NCBI GenBank assembly: GCA_002269645.1
Contig: NIVC01000229.1
Coordinates: 1 to 29,089 of the forward strand
Direction: 5' to 3'
Length of the DNA stretch: 29,089 nucleotides
DNA from: Macrostomum lignano
Lineage: Eukaryota
The notes beneath the pieces were generated by a model. The model ran no database searches. It saw only the letters and a list, made by a program, of their open reading frames with translations, and was not told where the DNA came from. Each line of letters starts with the position of its first letter. Within the stretch, counting starts at the first letter, position 1. This document shows, in pieces, positions 8,505 to 20,151 of the stretch. A program made the translations under genes and the position numbers.

Positions 8505-9351
8505 TGTAGCTCAATGTGGAAGATTACATGTAGCTCAATATGGAAGATTACATGTAGCTCAATATGCAAACATGTAGCTCAATATGGAAGATTACATGTA
8601 GCTAAATATGGAAGATTACATGTAGCTCAATGTGGAAGATTACATGTAGCTCAATATGGAAGATTACATGTAGCTCAATATGGAAGATTACATGTAGCTC
8701 AATATGGAAGATTACATGTAGCTCAATATGGAAGATTACATGTAGCTCAATATGGAAGATTACATGTAGCTCAATATGGAAGATTACATGTAGCTCAATA
8801 TGTAAGATTACATGTAGCTCAATATGTAAGATTACATGTAGCTCAATGTGGAAGATTACATGTAGCTCAATATGGAAGATTACATGTAGCTCAATATGGA
8901 AGATTACATGTAGCTCAATATGGAAGATTACATGTAGCTTAATATGGAAGATTACATGTAGCTCAATATGGAAGATTGCATGTAGCTCAATGTGGAAGAT
9001 TACATGTAGCTCAATATGGAAGATTACATGTAGCTCAATATGGAAGATTACATGTAGCTCAATATGGAAGATTACATGTAGCTCAATATGGAAGATTACA
9101 TGTAGCTCGATATGGAAGATTACATGTAGCTCAATATGGAATATTACGGGTAGCTCAATGTGGAAGATTACATGTAGCTCAATATGAAAATTACATGTAG
9201 CTTAATATGGAAGATTACATGTAGCTCAATATGGAAGATTGCATGTAGCTCAATATGGAATATTACATGTAGCTCAATATGGAAGATTACATGTAGCTCA
9301 ATATGGAAGATTACATGTAGCTTAATGTGGAATATTACATGTAGCTCAATA
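8505..9351. repeat. 24-bp satellite/minisatellite, ~35 copies (catgtagctcaatatggaagatta)
   Basis: Contiguous highly similar units, each containing the palindrome TACATGTA. Confidence 0.97.
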
Positions 9352-9829
9352 CTAGCTGGGGTAGGCTGTCTGCCAGAATCCAGAATTCTAATCTCCCTGG
9401 TAGACTTGAGCAATTTAAATAGATTTAAATAGAAAATTCTGAGTGAGTTTTCTTATCAGTTGGGGTTGATGCAATCTTTAAAATTGGTAGTGAAGTTTCT
9501 CGCTGATAAAATTTGCATTAAAAAAGCCCATTTAAAACAGTTTTTTCGAATATTTAATCATCTTAGCATTGAGCTAGAGCTTAATAAAATTACATGTACC
9601 GTCCCGGGCACATTTGACATCTTTTGGCGAAGAAACGGAGAAAATCGGTTGAGCCTTTCGGGAGATAATCGATTTCGAACAAGCAAGCAATATGGAAGAA
9701 CTCCCATCACCGGAATTCCATTCCCTGAATTATCCATCAACTGAAATTCCATGTCTTGAACCCTATCTTCCAAATCGTCTCCAAATTCTTTACAAAACCT
9801 TTCAAAGACCATAGCTCAAAGACTCTCAC

Positions 9830-10800
9830 GTCTCTCATATCTCCTCTCTCCTCTCTTCGCTATTATCATGACTCTCTTCTCTCTCCTCTCTCTCATCTCA
9901 TCTCTACCCCTACTCCATTATTTATCTCTTTTCCCTCGTCTTTCGTCTGCACCCTCTCCTGTCTCAGTCTCCTCTCTTCTCTCATATCTCTCCTCTTCAC
10001 TTCTGCCTCCTGTCTCCTCTCTTCTCTCCTCTCTCATATCTTATCTCTACTCACTTATCTATCGTCTCTCCTTAACCCCCTCTCTCTCTTCTCTTTTCTC
10101 TCCTCTCTGCTCTCATTTCTCATATCTCATATACGCTCTCACACTCTACTTTCTTATCTCCCATCTTTCTTTCCTCCTTTCCACTATCCCCTGTCTCTTC
10201 GCTTCTCTCTTTTTATCCTCTCCATTCTCTCTTTTCTCCTCTCCTTGCTCCTTTCATCTTCTCCCCTCTCTTCTCTAATCTCTAATCTCTTCTCTCTTTT
10301 GTTCTCACTCATCTCTTTTCTCATCGCATCTCTCATCTCTCCTCTCCTCACTACTTTCCTCTCTTAACTCTCTCATCTCTGATCTTTCATCTCTCTCCTC
10401 TCTTCTCTCTCTCTTCTCCTTTCGCTTCTCTCTCCTCTCTCTCCTCTCATCTCTACTACCTTATTTATACCTTCTCCCTGGTCTTTCGTCTCTACTCTCT
10501 CCTGTCTCCTTTTTCCCCTCTTCTCTCTCCCCTCCTCTCTCATCTCTCATCCCTCATCTCACTCTTTCTTTCTTCTCTACTCTCCTCTCTCATCTCCTCT
10601 CTCCTCTTCTCTTCTCTCTCACTCTTTATTCTCGCCTTACTCTCCTATTCTCTCCCATATGTCATCTCTAATCTCTCCTCTTCTCTTCTCTCTCCCTCTT
10701 TATTCTCGCCTTACTCTCCTATTCTCTCCCATATGTCATCTCTAATCTCTCCTCTCTCATATCTACTCTCTTTTCTATCTTCTCTTTTCTCTTTTCTCTG
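9830..10800. repeat. CT-rich low-complexity polypyrimidine block with internal duplications
   Basis: Visible directly; e.g. near-duplicate at ~10626-10680 and ~10700-10755. Confidence 0.9.
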
Positions 10801-11023
10801 ACTGACTGAAGGTACCAAATCCACCGAAATCCTCTCCGTGAAACAGAAATCTATCAAAATTTTCTTTGGGAAATTGAAAGCCATCAAAATCGTCTCCGTG
10901 AAACAGAACTTCATCAAATAATACCCAACATTTCCATGAAATTGCAGTCCATCAAGACTGCTAAATAGAGATCCAAAAGATGCTTTCCATACTTAAAAAT
11001 ATTCAAGTTAGAGGCGTCAGTGG

Positions 11024-11074
11024 TTAGGGTTAAGGTTAGGGTTAGGGTTAGGGTTAGGGTTAGGGTTAGGGTTA
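11024..11074 (+). repeat. Interstitial telomeric repeat (TTAGGG)~8
   Basis: ttagggttaaggttagggttaggg...; one variant unit. Confidence 0.92.
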
Positions 11075-11805
11075 CCATCATTTCATCGTTCTTTCATTTC
11101 ATTGCTATCTGTAGCCTACTGGGCATTCACTGTGTACACTGAACCCTATCGCCGCCACCCCCAACACGGGGGTTTTATTTGAATTGAAGTGTCAGAAAAT
11201 TTTAAGAATGAGTTCTTCTTGAATGTTGTGCTTCTTGTTTTCATGAATAAAGCAAGAAAATTATATTCCCGAACTTAGCGTGGCAAGCTCTTTTCAGCAG
11301 TATAAGTCTCTCCTCTCAAGGTTTAAAACTCGGGGAACAGTTAGCGTTTGAAATTTCCCAATTTCCCGACTGCCTGCCTGAGAGGCTCGCAAGTTTGTAA
11401 TCTGTAATTTATAATTTGTGTACATATATCTGTTTATTTTACAGTTTAGAATTGCAGAGCACTTTGTATTGCTGTTATTTTGCATTGAATTTATTTATTT
11501 ATTTATTTAACATGCTATTTTGGCTACTCTCGTAGAGTAGTAAGCTGTTGATGAGCTTGTTTGGGTCATTAGAATTTGCACAATTGTAGTGCGATTGTTT
11601 GCACTACAATTTTTAAAACTCACTGCAGTGCCTGTTTTGTGTATTTGATTTTTCACTATTTAGCTCACTACACTTTCACATTATTTCTTCTGTCACAAAC
11701 CTAATTCACAAGAGCACTCTTCCATTATTAAACATTGGTTTTACAATAAAAATGCAATATTAATGAGGCTGTTTTGCTTGCTTCAATTGTACACCAAGTT
11801 TACCG

Positions 11806-12470
<665 letters not shown>

Positions 12471-12492
12471 TATCTACTATCTATTTATCTTT

Positions 12493-12525
<33 letters not shown>

Positions 12526-12526
12526 G

Positions 12527-12587
<61 letters not shown>
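12471..12587. repeat. (TATC)n tract forming the left flank of the Helitron pair
   Basis: Ends ...ctatctA immediately before TC at 12588. Confidence 0.95.
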
Positions 12588-12590
<3 letters not shown>

Positions 12591-15087
12591 CTACATATAA
12601 AAATCAAAACTCTGTGTGTGTGTGTGTCTGTCTGTGTGTGGACAATTTTGATCGCTATGGACTCCCAAACCGCTCAACCAAATGACACCAAATTTTACAC
12701 CCACCCTAAACTCACTACGGAGAATGTCTTAGGCTACCTTTAAATTTCCTAAATTTGAGTCTTCCTACCTAAAAGTGCAAAAAACTGCTCAAAATGCGCG
12801 ATTTTTTTACTAAAGCCTCCTTAGCGCCGCTCCACTTCTACCGATCCTCTTCAAATTTGACACAATCAATTTTCAACTATTTTGACACAATCGTGTAAAA
12901 TTTCGAGTCTCAAAGTTAATCCTGAACGGCGCTGTGCACTTTTAAAGTTTGGCTGTTTTTTTCAGCGAGACAGCCACCCCAACCTCCGCCCGCCTGCCTC
13001 TTTCCCGATCTGGGCAAAGGGTGTCAATGGGTTTTAAAATGACTAACTTTCGGCTGCCATAAGTTTGCTCCACGTGAAGCGATTGACTTCTAACTTAACA
13101 CAATTCTTCTTTGATTCATTCTCTGTCTAAATGTAAAGTTTCAACTCTCTAACTCAATCAGAACAGAAACTGTAAGCATGTGAAGTTTGTCTCCTTTTTC
13201 TGTTGTTTGTGCCACTCACTCACTTATTCCCCCAGAGCCAGACGAAGGGTCAGGCGATAGGGCTCAATGTACATAGCGAGTGTACAGTGTTTTGGAATAA
13301 CTTTTTAATAGCCTTCTCTGTACCCGCGACTGCGATTAGAGAGGCGTGGAGAGGAGAGACAGTTTAGCGAGAGATTCAAACCACTGTCCTCTGTATAGAC
13401 AAGTCTGCAGCAGTTTAACTGTGGATGGCAAATCAAGAGTCAAGACAATGGTGGGATGGTTTGTAAAAATAGCGAAAAATAAATGATAACAACTGATTAC
13501 AATGCAATTCTACTAAATCAGTTAGTTACAGCATGAAGCTTTCAACATTAAAATTCGCATAAGGTAACTTTAAAATTTAAATGGCTCCTAAGAAATGCGT
13601 ATTTCCCTTGGTTGTTAGACTGCTGCAGAGTGCAGACTTTGGTGGTGGAGCTGGAGATACACAAATTTCTCTCAAGGGCTGCTAATTGGCCAGAAAGATG
13701 ACGTGATTAAAGGATAAGAAATGATAACAGCCATGCGAGTACTACGTCCCACAATTCCACAAACTGGCTTTTGAAGCAGGGATTGGCAGATTTTTATCTC
13801 AAAGGCCAGATAAAGAATCCAGCCCATGGCTGCGCCTGCGGGCCAGATGAGAGTGAAAAGGAAAAGGAATAGACTATTAGATAGAAAGAGAGTAGGGGCG
13901 AGAGGGGGCGAAGAGAAACGATAGAAGATAACGAGAGAGACGAGGGGGTTAAGGAGAGCCTGCAGAGAATATGAGCAGGAGAGGCAGCCACCCCAACCTC
14001 CGCCTCTCTCTCCCTTATCTGGCGAGATGTGGAAAAGATTTTAAAATAGACTAACTTTCGGCTGTCATCAGTTTGCTCCACATGAAGCGATTGAATTCAA
14101 ACTTGACAAACTTGATCAAAAAATCTCTGAAAAAGCGATATAGTTATAGTTCTACTGACTAAGTGCAAATGCAAGTACAAAAATGCAAATTTTAACATTT
14201 CCTATAAGTTTTACTTAAAGCCACTTAAAATAAAAAAAATTAAATGCCAGATTGAGTGCAGTACAGTACAGCAGGAGAGCAAGCAGCTCTCACTCATTTC
14301 CCCATACCAGGGTCAGTGTGCACGCAACGCAACAATGTACAGTGTTTCGAACAACTTGAATTCTCTCTGCCCCCGTGAAGAGGCTATAAGATGGCAGTTT
14401 AGCGAGAAATTTTAACCACTGTGCTAATTCTGATATTTTCTACTGACATTTTCTACATCTCCCTCCTTCATCTGTGTAGGCCTAACTCTGCAAGTTCAAC
14501 AGCTTGGATGAGAAAGGCCGCTCACGCACTCTTTCCCCCAGAACAGGGGGTAGGGCTTAGTGTACACTGTACTGGAATGACATTATTTTTGGCCTTCCCT
14601 GCATGCCCAAGGGACACTGCTGGCTAGGCTACAGATAGGCTGGGCTGCCGTGGAAGATATGTTCAATTTACCCCCAGTAGGGAGTCGCCTCCGCTGGCTC
14701 CAAGGGTGCGAAAGCGCGGACCATGTTGGAGGCACAGATCGATAGCGAAGGACAGTTTGGTGAGAAATTCTAACCCCCAGGAGCGGATAGAGAAATTTCC
14801 AATGGGGGAATGCACACATCTTTTATCTGGGATACACAAAACTGACCGGGGTTGCGCGCTTCGCCCTCCTCCCTAAATCCGTCCCTGCTAATCCCTGTCC
14901 TACAATTCGTACAGGTCTAAGTCTAACCCTACAGTTTAGCAGTGGATGAGGAAGATGGCAATCGATAAGACTAGCATAGTTGTACTGTGGTACAAAAAGC
15001 AATACGATGCAATCCTGATTCCTGAATTAATCACACAAAATGGAATTTGTAACACTAAGTCCTATTTAAAGGCACTTAAAAATTAAA

Positions 15088-18000
15088 ATGCCTCCAAAGA
15101 AAAGCGCATTGGGTCGTTTCACTGCAGCAGCTAGACGATTGAGATCTGCAAGGCAAAGCAATGCGGCTGAAGCAGGAACATCGCATGGCACAGAGGAAGC
15201 AGACAACACAGGTAGCTCTGCCCAGGCCAGATCGAGTGCAAGTGCGGTAGAAGAACAAGCCCAGAAAAGAAGCCTTCGACCACCGACAAGATCATCGACA
15301 TCAGCAGCCGGCGCCAGCACTTCCGATGGAACTGGAGGTACACAGTTTCCTCTCAGGGCTGCAAATTGGGAAGAAAGACGACGTGAACAAAAAAGACAAC
15401 AAACAGCCGAGACACGACGCAATGAAACGACTGTCCAGACACAGCAGCGGCAGGAACGTAACAGAGATCAGACAGCAGAGGCACGACGCAATGAAACGAC
15501 TGTCCAGACTCAGCAACGACTGGAACGGGACAGAGATCAGACCGCAGAGGCACGACGCAATGAAACGACTATCCAGACTCAGCAACGACAGGAACGGGAC
15601 AGAGATCAGACCGCAGAGGCACGACGCAATGAAACGACTGTCCAGACTCAGCAGCGGCAGGAACGTAACAGAGATCAGACCGCAGAGGCACGACGCAATG
15701 AAACGACTGTCCGGACTCAGCAACGACAGGAACGTAACAGAGATCAGACCGCAGAGGCACGACGCAATGAAACGACTGTCCGGACTCAGCAACGACAGGA
15801 ACGTAACAGAGATCAGACCGCAGAGGCACGACGTAATGAAACGACGGGTGAAGCTGGAGTGCGCCGTGAAGACGATCGAAGACGCCACAGAGAACGCGCT
15901 GCGGCCTTTCGATTTATTGAGCAAGATGTTGCCCATGACGAATCTGAGCAAGCAATTGGACCACCTCCTTGGGCCCTAAACCTTGCTCTAAATTATGATC
16001 CTACTTTTGTTTATAGCAGCCACCCAAAGCTTGCTATCGAAAGAATGTCGAAGAAATGTCAGCATTGCAATGCGTTGAGGTGGGCAAATGAGACACCTGG
16101 CATGTGTTGTAGCAATGGAAAAGTCAGACTCACTCCTCTGAATGAGAATCTACCAGACTATCTTCGCCATTTGTTGCTGGGTAACTCTGAGGAATCGGAT
16201 CATTTTCTGTCCAACATTCGACGATACAATAGCTGTTTTCAGTTCACTTCTTTCGGAGCTGAAAGAATAGTTGAAGAGCCAGGCTTCATGCCTACTTTTA
16301 AAGTCCAAGGGCAGGTGTACCATCTGGTGGGATCGTTGCTGCCGCTGCAAGGAGAGGAGCCAAAGTTCCTGCAGATCTACTTCATGGGAGACAGCCACGA
16401 AGAAGTTGAGCGCCGATGTAGGATTGCTCCAGGTGTGCGACCTAACATTGTTTTCGAGCTACAGGAAATTATGCATGCGCATAACAAGTACGTGCGCGAT
16501 TTCAAAACTGCTATGGAGCGGCTACCTCCAAATGTAGAGGAACTTAGAGTTGTCATTCACGCAACAAAGACGCCTGCTGGCCAACACGAAAGAAGATTCA
16601 ATGCACCTGTTGTTGACGACGTTGCCATTCAAATTGTTGGTCAACAGTTTGAAAAGCGAGACATTGTTTTGGAACTGCGAAGCAGCCAGTTAACCAGGAT
16701 ATCTGAGATGCACAGGGGGTATGATGCTCTGCAGTACCCTCTTATTTTCTGGGAAGGCGAAGACGGATATCATTTCGATATCCGACAGACTGACATTCGC
16801 ACCGGAAATCCATCAGCCACAAAGAAAGTGTCGGCAATGGACTTCTACGCTTATCGGCTCATGGTTCGTGAAGGAAGTTTCAACTGCATTCTTCGGTGTC
16901 GAAAGCTACTGCTGCAGTTTGCTGTGGACATGTACGCTAAAATTGAGTGCGAGAGACTGAATTTCATCCGCTTTAACCAAAAGAAGCTTAGAGTGGAAGA
17001 GTACATTCATCTTCGAGACGCTATTGCCGGAGAGAGAAATCCGAATGAAATTGGCCAAATGGTTATTTTGCCCTCTTCATTTACTGGTGGCCCACGCTAC
17101 ATGCATGAGCGTACACAAGACGCCATGACTTACGTAAGAAAGTACGGTCGCCCCGACCTCTTTATTACTTTCACCTGCAACAGTGCATGGAATGAGCTTA
17201 AATCAGAGCTCATGCCGGGACAGCAAAGTCAGGATAGACACGACTTAGTGGCCCGAGTTTTTCAACTGAAATTGAAACAACTGATGGAATTCATTACCAA
17301 AGGAGCTATCTTTGGGCCTACTAGATGCGACATGTACACGATCGAATGGCAGAAACGGGGACTGCCACACGCGCATATTCTGATTTGGCTACGGAACCGG
17401 ATTAGGCCGAATCAAATTGATAGCGTTATCCGCGCTGAGATTCCTGATCCAGACGAGGACCCTCAGCTCTACCAAATCGTCACTAGGCAGATGATTCATG
17501 GACCATGCGGCCGTCTGAAGCCAGATTCGCCTTGCATGGTAGATGGCCGTTGCTCCAAGAAATTTCCCAAGGCTCTGCTGCGCGAGACAGTGACCGGCGA
17601 AGATGGATACCCGTTGTATCGAAGAAGGTCACCTGAGGACGGTGGCTTCACCTTTCCAATAATCCTACGTGCAAATGGACAGACTGAGGAGGTGAATTTG
17701 GACAACAGGTGGGTCGTTCCCTACTGCCCACTCCTGTCGAAAGTGTTCAACGCACACATCAATGTTGAATACTGCAACTCAGTCAAGTCAATCAAGTACA
17801 TTTGCAAGTATGTCAACAAGGGCAGCGACCAGGCAGTGTTTGGCCTTGAAAGGCAAGGAGCTGAGCGCGATGAGGTGGCTCGCTACGAGAGTGGACGGTA
17901 CATCAGCTCAAATGAAGCAATGTGGCGAATTTTTGGTTTCTCAATTCATGAACGCCACCCAACCGTAGTGCACCTCAGCGTGCACCTGGAGAATGGTCAA

Positions 18001-20151
18001 AGAGTGTACTTCACCGAGGAAAACATGATGCAGCGAGGTCAGCGACCACCGGACACTACACTCACTGCCTTTTTTAAGTTGTGTGCTGAAGATGCCTTTG
18101 CCAGAACCTTACTATACCATCAGGTACCTACATACTACACGTGGAACGCCTCTTCGAAAAGTTGGAAACGACGAGTTCAAGGCGCTGCAGTTCCAGGCCA
18201 TCCAGGAATGCGGCAAACAGATGCACTGTCCAGAGTCTACACGGTGCACCCAAATCATCGCGAGTGTTTTTATCTGCGCATGCTACTACACAATGTAGTT
18301 GGCCCGTTGTCATTCCAGCACATCAAGACGGTAGAAGGTCAGATCTGCTTAACTTATCAAGAAGCGTGTCATCGAATGGGGCTACTAGAAGACGACGCGC
18401 AGTGGAGAAGCACAATGCAAGAAGCATCTGTGGTGCGCTCAGCAGGCCAAATGCGAGAACTCTTTGCTATTCTGATTGCCACCTGTGGTCTTTCTAATCC
18501 TCTTCAGCTTTGGGAAGACTTCAAGGAAGATATGGCTGAGGATATTCTCCATCGGGCGCGACAGTTGCTACAGGAGCAGGAATTGCCCTTCACAGAGGCA
18601 GTTTTCAACGAGGCCTTGCTGCGCATTGAGGACAAGGTTTTAGAACTGACGGATCGTCCCTTGCATATTTTTGGACTTCCAACACCTGCAAGGCATCAAC
18701 AAGAGAATTTGAGTAGGGAGATGCTGCGAGAAACTAGCTTTGACCGCGAGCAGCTCCGCCAGTTCATTGAGGAAAATGAGCCCCGCCTACTACCTGAGCA
18801 GGCAGAGGCGTACCAAGAGGTAATGCGAAGAGTGAATGACAATTTAGGAGGAATACTTTTCCTGGATGCTCCAGGGGGGACAGGAAAGACTTTTCTGATC
18901 AACCTCCTTCTGTCAAAGGTTAGACACGGAGGCGATATTGCAATTGCTGTCGCCTCCTCTGGAATCGCAGCCACGCTACTTCCAGGTGGTCGCACTGCTC
19001 ACTCAGCACTAAAACTGCCACTTGATCTGTCAAGAGTTGAAAATCCCCTGTGCAACATCAAGAAGAACAGCGGCACTGCCAGAGTATTACAAGCCTGCAA
19101 GCTTATTGTTTGGGATGAGTGTACCATGTCCCACAAACTGGCTTTTGAAGCACTTAACCTGACGCTGAAGGATCTGCGCAGCAACAACCAGCTAATGGGT
19201 GGTGTCACCCTGCTGCTCTCTGGAGACTTTAGACAGACGTTGCCTGTAATTCCGCGTGGCACCCCAGCCGATGAGATTAATGCTTGCCTCAAATCTTCGC
19301 ATCTGTGGCCATCAGTTGAGAAGCTGCACTTGCGAACCAACATGAGGGCTGCAGTTTATGGCGATGAAACGGCTCATCAGTTTTCTATCAATCTTTTGCG
19401 AATTGGTGATGGCCAACTGGAGGTCAGCCCTGAGGATGGACTGTCACCAATTGCTGCATTCGGTACAATCGTCTCTTCTGTGCAGGAGCTCAAGGCTAAG
19501 GTTTACCTAAACCTGTCGCACAGATTTTCTGACATTAACTGGCTGTCAGAGAGAGCCATTTTGTGTCCCAGGAATGACGCAGCTAATGGTATCAACTCTC
19601 AGCTGCTCAATGAGCTGCCTGGCAATACCACCAGCTACAAGTCAATTGACACAACAATGACTGATGACAATGCTGTGGAGTTTCCAATTGAGTTCTTGAA
19701 CTCTCTAGAGCCTCCTGGAACGCCATCGCACAACCTCCAGTTAAAAGTGGGTGCACCAATTATGCTACTGCGCAATTTAAATGCCCCAAAGCTATGCAAC
19801 GGCACCAGGCTGATCGTCAAGCAACTCTTTCCGAATGTGATTGAGGCAACAATCGTGACAGGATCCGGCAAAGGGCAGTCTGTGTTTATTCCAAGAATTC
19901 CAATTATTCCATCGGACCTGCCTTTTCAATTCAAGCGAGTACAGTTCCCAGTGAAGGTCTGCTTTGCCATGACCATCAACAAAGCCCAAGGACAGTCGCT
20001 AAAGGTGGCCGGAATCAACTTGGAGTCTCCCTGCTTCTCACATGGCCAACTTTATGTTGCATGCTCACGCGTTGGAACTCCAGCTGGCCTCTTCATCCTT
20101 GCTCCCAGGGGGAGAACAAGGAATCTGGTGTATCCTCAGGCACTGCGATAA
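15088..20151 (+). CDS. Helitron Rep-helicase (RepHel), 1687 aa, intact and intronless
   Basis: Zn-binding CQHC...CC (~16056-16110); Rep motif 1 FITFTCN (17161), motif 2 EWQKRGLPHAH (HUH 17368-17376), motif 3 KYICKY (17797-17811); Pif1/SF1B helicase GGTGKT, WDECTM, GDFRQ, FAMTINKAQGQS, HGQLYVACSRV. Confidence 0.97.
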   Translation: MPPKKSALGRFTAAARRLRSARQSNAAEAGTSHGTEEADNTGSSAQARSSASAVEEQAQKRSLRPPTRSSTSAAGASTSDGTGGTQFPLRAANWEERRREQKRQQTAETRRNETTVQTQQRQERNRDQTAEARRNETTVQTQQRLERDRDQTAEARRNETTIQTQQRQERDRDQTAEARRNETTVQTQQRQERNRDQTAEARRNETTVRTQQRQERNRDQTAEARRNETTVRTQQRQERNRDQTAEARRNETTGEAGVRREDDRRRHRERAAAFRFIEQDVAHDESEQAIGPPPWALNLALNYDPTFVYSSHPKLAIERMSKKCQHCNALRWANETPGMCCSNGKVRLTPLNENLPDYLRHLLLGNSEESDHFLSNIRRYNSCFQFTSFGAERIVEEPGFMPTFKVQGQVYHLVGSLLPLQGEEPKFLQIYFMGDSHEEVERRCRIAPGVRPNIVFELQEIMHAHNKYVRDFKTAMERLPPNVEELRVVIHATKTPAGQHERRFNAPVVDDVAIQIVGQQFEKRDIVLELRSSQLTRISEMHRGYDALQYPLIFWEGEDGYHFDIRQTDIRTGNPSATKKVSAMDFYAYRLMVREGSFNCILRCRKLLLQFAVDMYAKIECERLNFIRFNQKKLRVEEYIHLRDAIAGERNPNEIGQMVILPSSFTGGPRYMHERTQDAMTYVRKYGRPDLFITFTCNSAWNELKSELMPGQQSQDRHDLVARVFQLKLKQLMEFITKGAIFGPTRCDMYTIEWQKRGLPHAHILIWLRNRIRPNQIDSVIRAEIPDPDEDPQLYQIVTRQMIHGPCGRLKPDSPCMVDGRCSKKFPKALLRETVTGEDGYPLYRRRSPEDGGFTFPIILRANGQTEEVNLDNRWVVPYCPLLSKVFNAHINVEYCNSVKSIKYICKYVNKGSDQAVFGLERQGAERDEVARYESGRYISSNEAMWRIFGFSIHERHPTVVHLSVHLENGQRVYFTEENMMQRGQRPPDTTLTAFFKLCAEDAFARTLLYHQVPTYYTWNASSKSWKRRVQGAAVPGHPGMRQTDALSRVYTVHPNHRECFYLRMLLHNVVGPLSFQHIKTVEGQICLTYQEACHRMGLLEDDAQWRSTMQEASVVRSAGQMRELFAILIATCGLSNPLQLWEDFKEDMAEDILHRARQLLQEQELPFTEAVFNEALLRIEDKVLELTDRPLHIFGLPTPARHQQENLSREMLRETSFDREQLRQFIEENEPRLLPEQAEAYQEVMRRVNDNLGGILFLDAPGGTGKTFLINLLLSKVRHGGDIAIAVASSGIAATLLPGGRTAHSALKLPLDLSRVENPLCNIKKNSGTARVLQACKLIVWDECTMSHKLAFEALNLTLKDLRSNNQLMGGVTLLLSGDFRQTLPVIPRGTPADEINACLKSSHLWPSVEKLHLRTNMRAAVYGDETAHQFSINLLRIGDGQLEVSPEDGLSPIAAFGTIVSSVQELKAKVYLNLSHRFSDINWLSERAILCPRNDAANGINSQLLNELPGNTTSYKSIDTTMTDDNAVEFPIEFLNSLEPPGTPSHNLQLKVGAPIMLLRNLNAPKLCNGTRLIVKQLFPNVIEATIVTGSGKGQSVFIPRIPIIPSDLPFQFKRVQFPVKVCFAMTINKAQGQSLKVAGINLESPCFSHGQLYVACSRVGTPAGLFILAPRGRTRNLVYPQALR
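15403..15850 (+). repeat. 69-bp coding tandem repeat (~6.5 copies; TAEARRNETTVQTQQRQERNRDQ) in the RepHel N-terminus
   Basis: Visible in both DNA and protein. Confidence 0.95.

Larger units (their letters stand above)
9352..11175 (-). mobile_element. Degenerate non-autonomous Helitron-related segment(s) in inverted orientation; boundaries tentative
   Basis: On the minus strand it ends ...ccccagCTAG|T (9352-9355). It contains the Helitron-N type motif gctcaaccgattt (~9640-9660). 11105-11118 is the exact reverse complement of taggctacagatag at 14625-14638 upstream of RepHel. It has a central purine-rich block like element 20940-24108. Confidence 0.45.

Noticed and set aside
8505-9351. Regular 24-bp (and 33-bp at 5933-6172) repeats superficially like a CRISPR array
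   Set aside because: Units are contiguous with no unique spacers, the context is eukaryotic and there are no cas genes; ORFs over them (HVAQYGRL, WKITCSSI, MSDGMTGECQW) are repeat translations.
9558-9812. ORF with DNSGNGIPVMGV, resembling a retroviral protease flap
   Set aside because: No D[S/T]G catalytic motif, and the region carries non-coding Helitron-N type motifs.
15301-15979. Overlapping alternative-frame and antisense ORFs of ~216 aa
   Set aside because: By-products of the stop-poor 69-bp coding repeat in RepHel.
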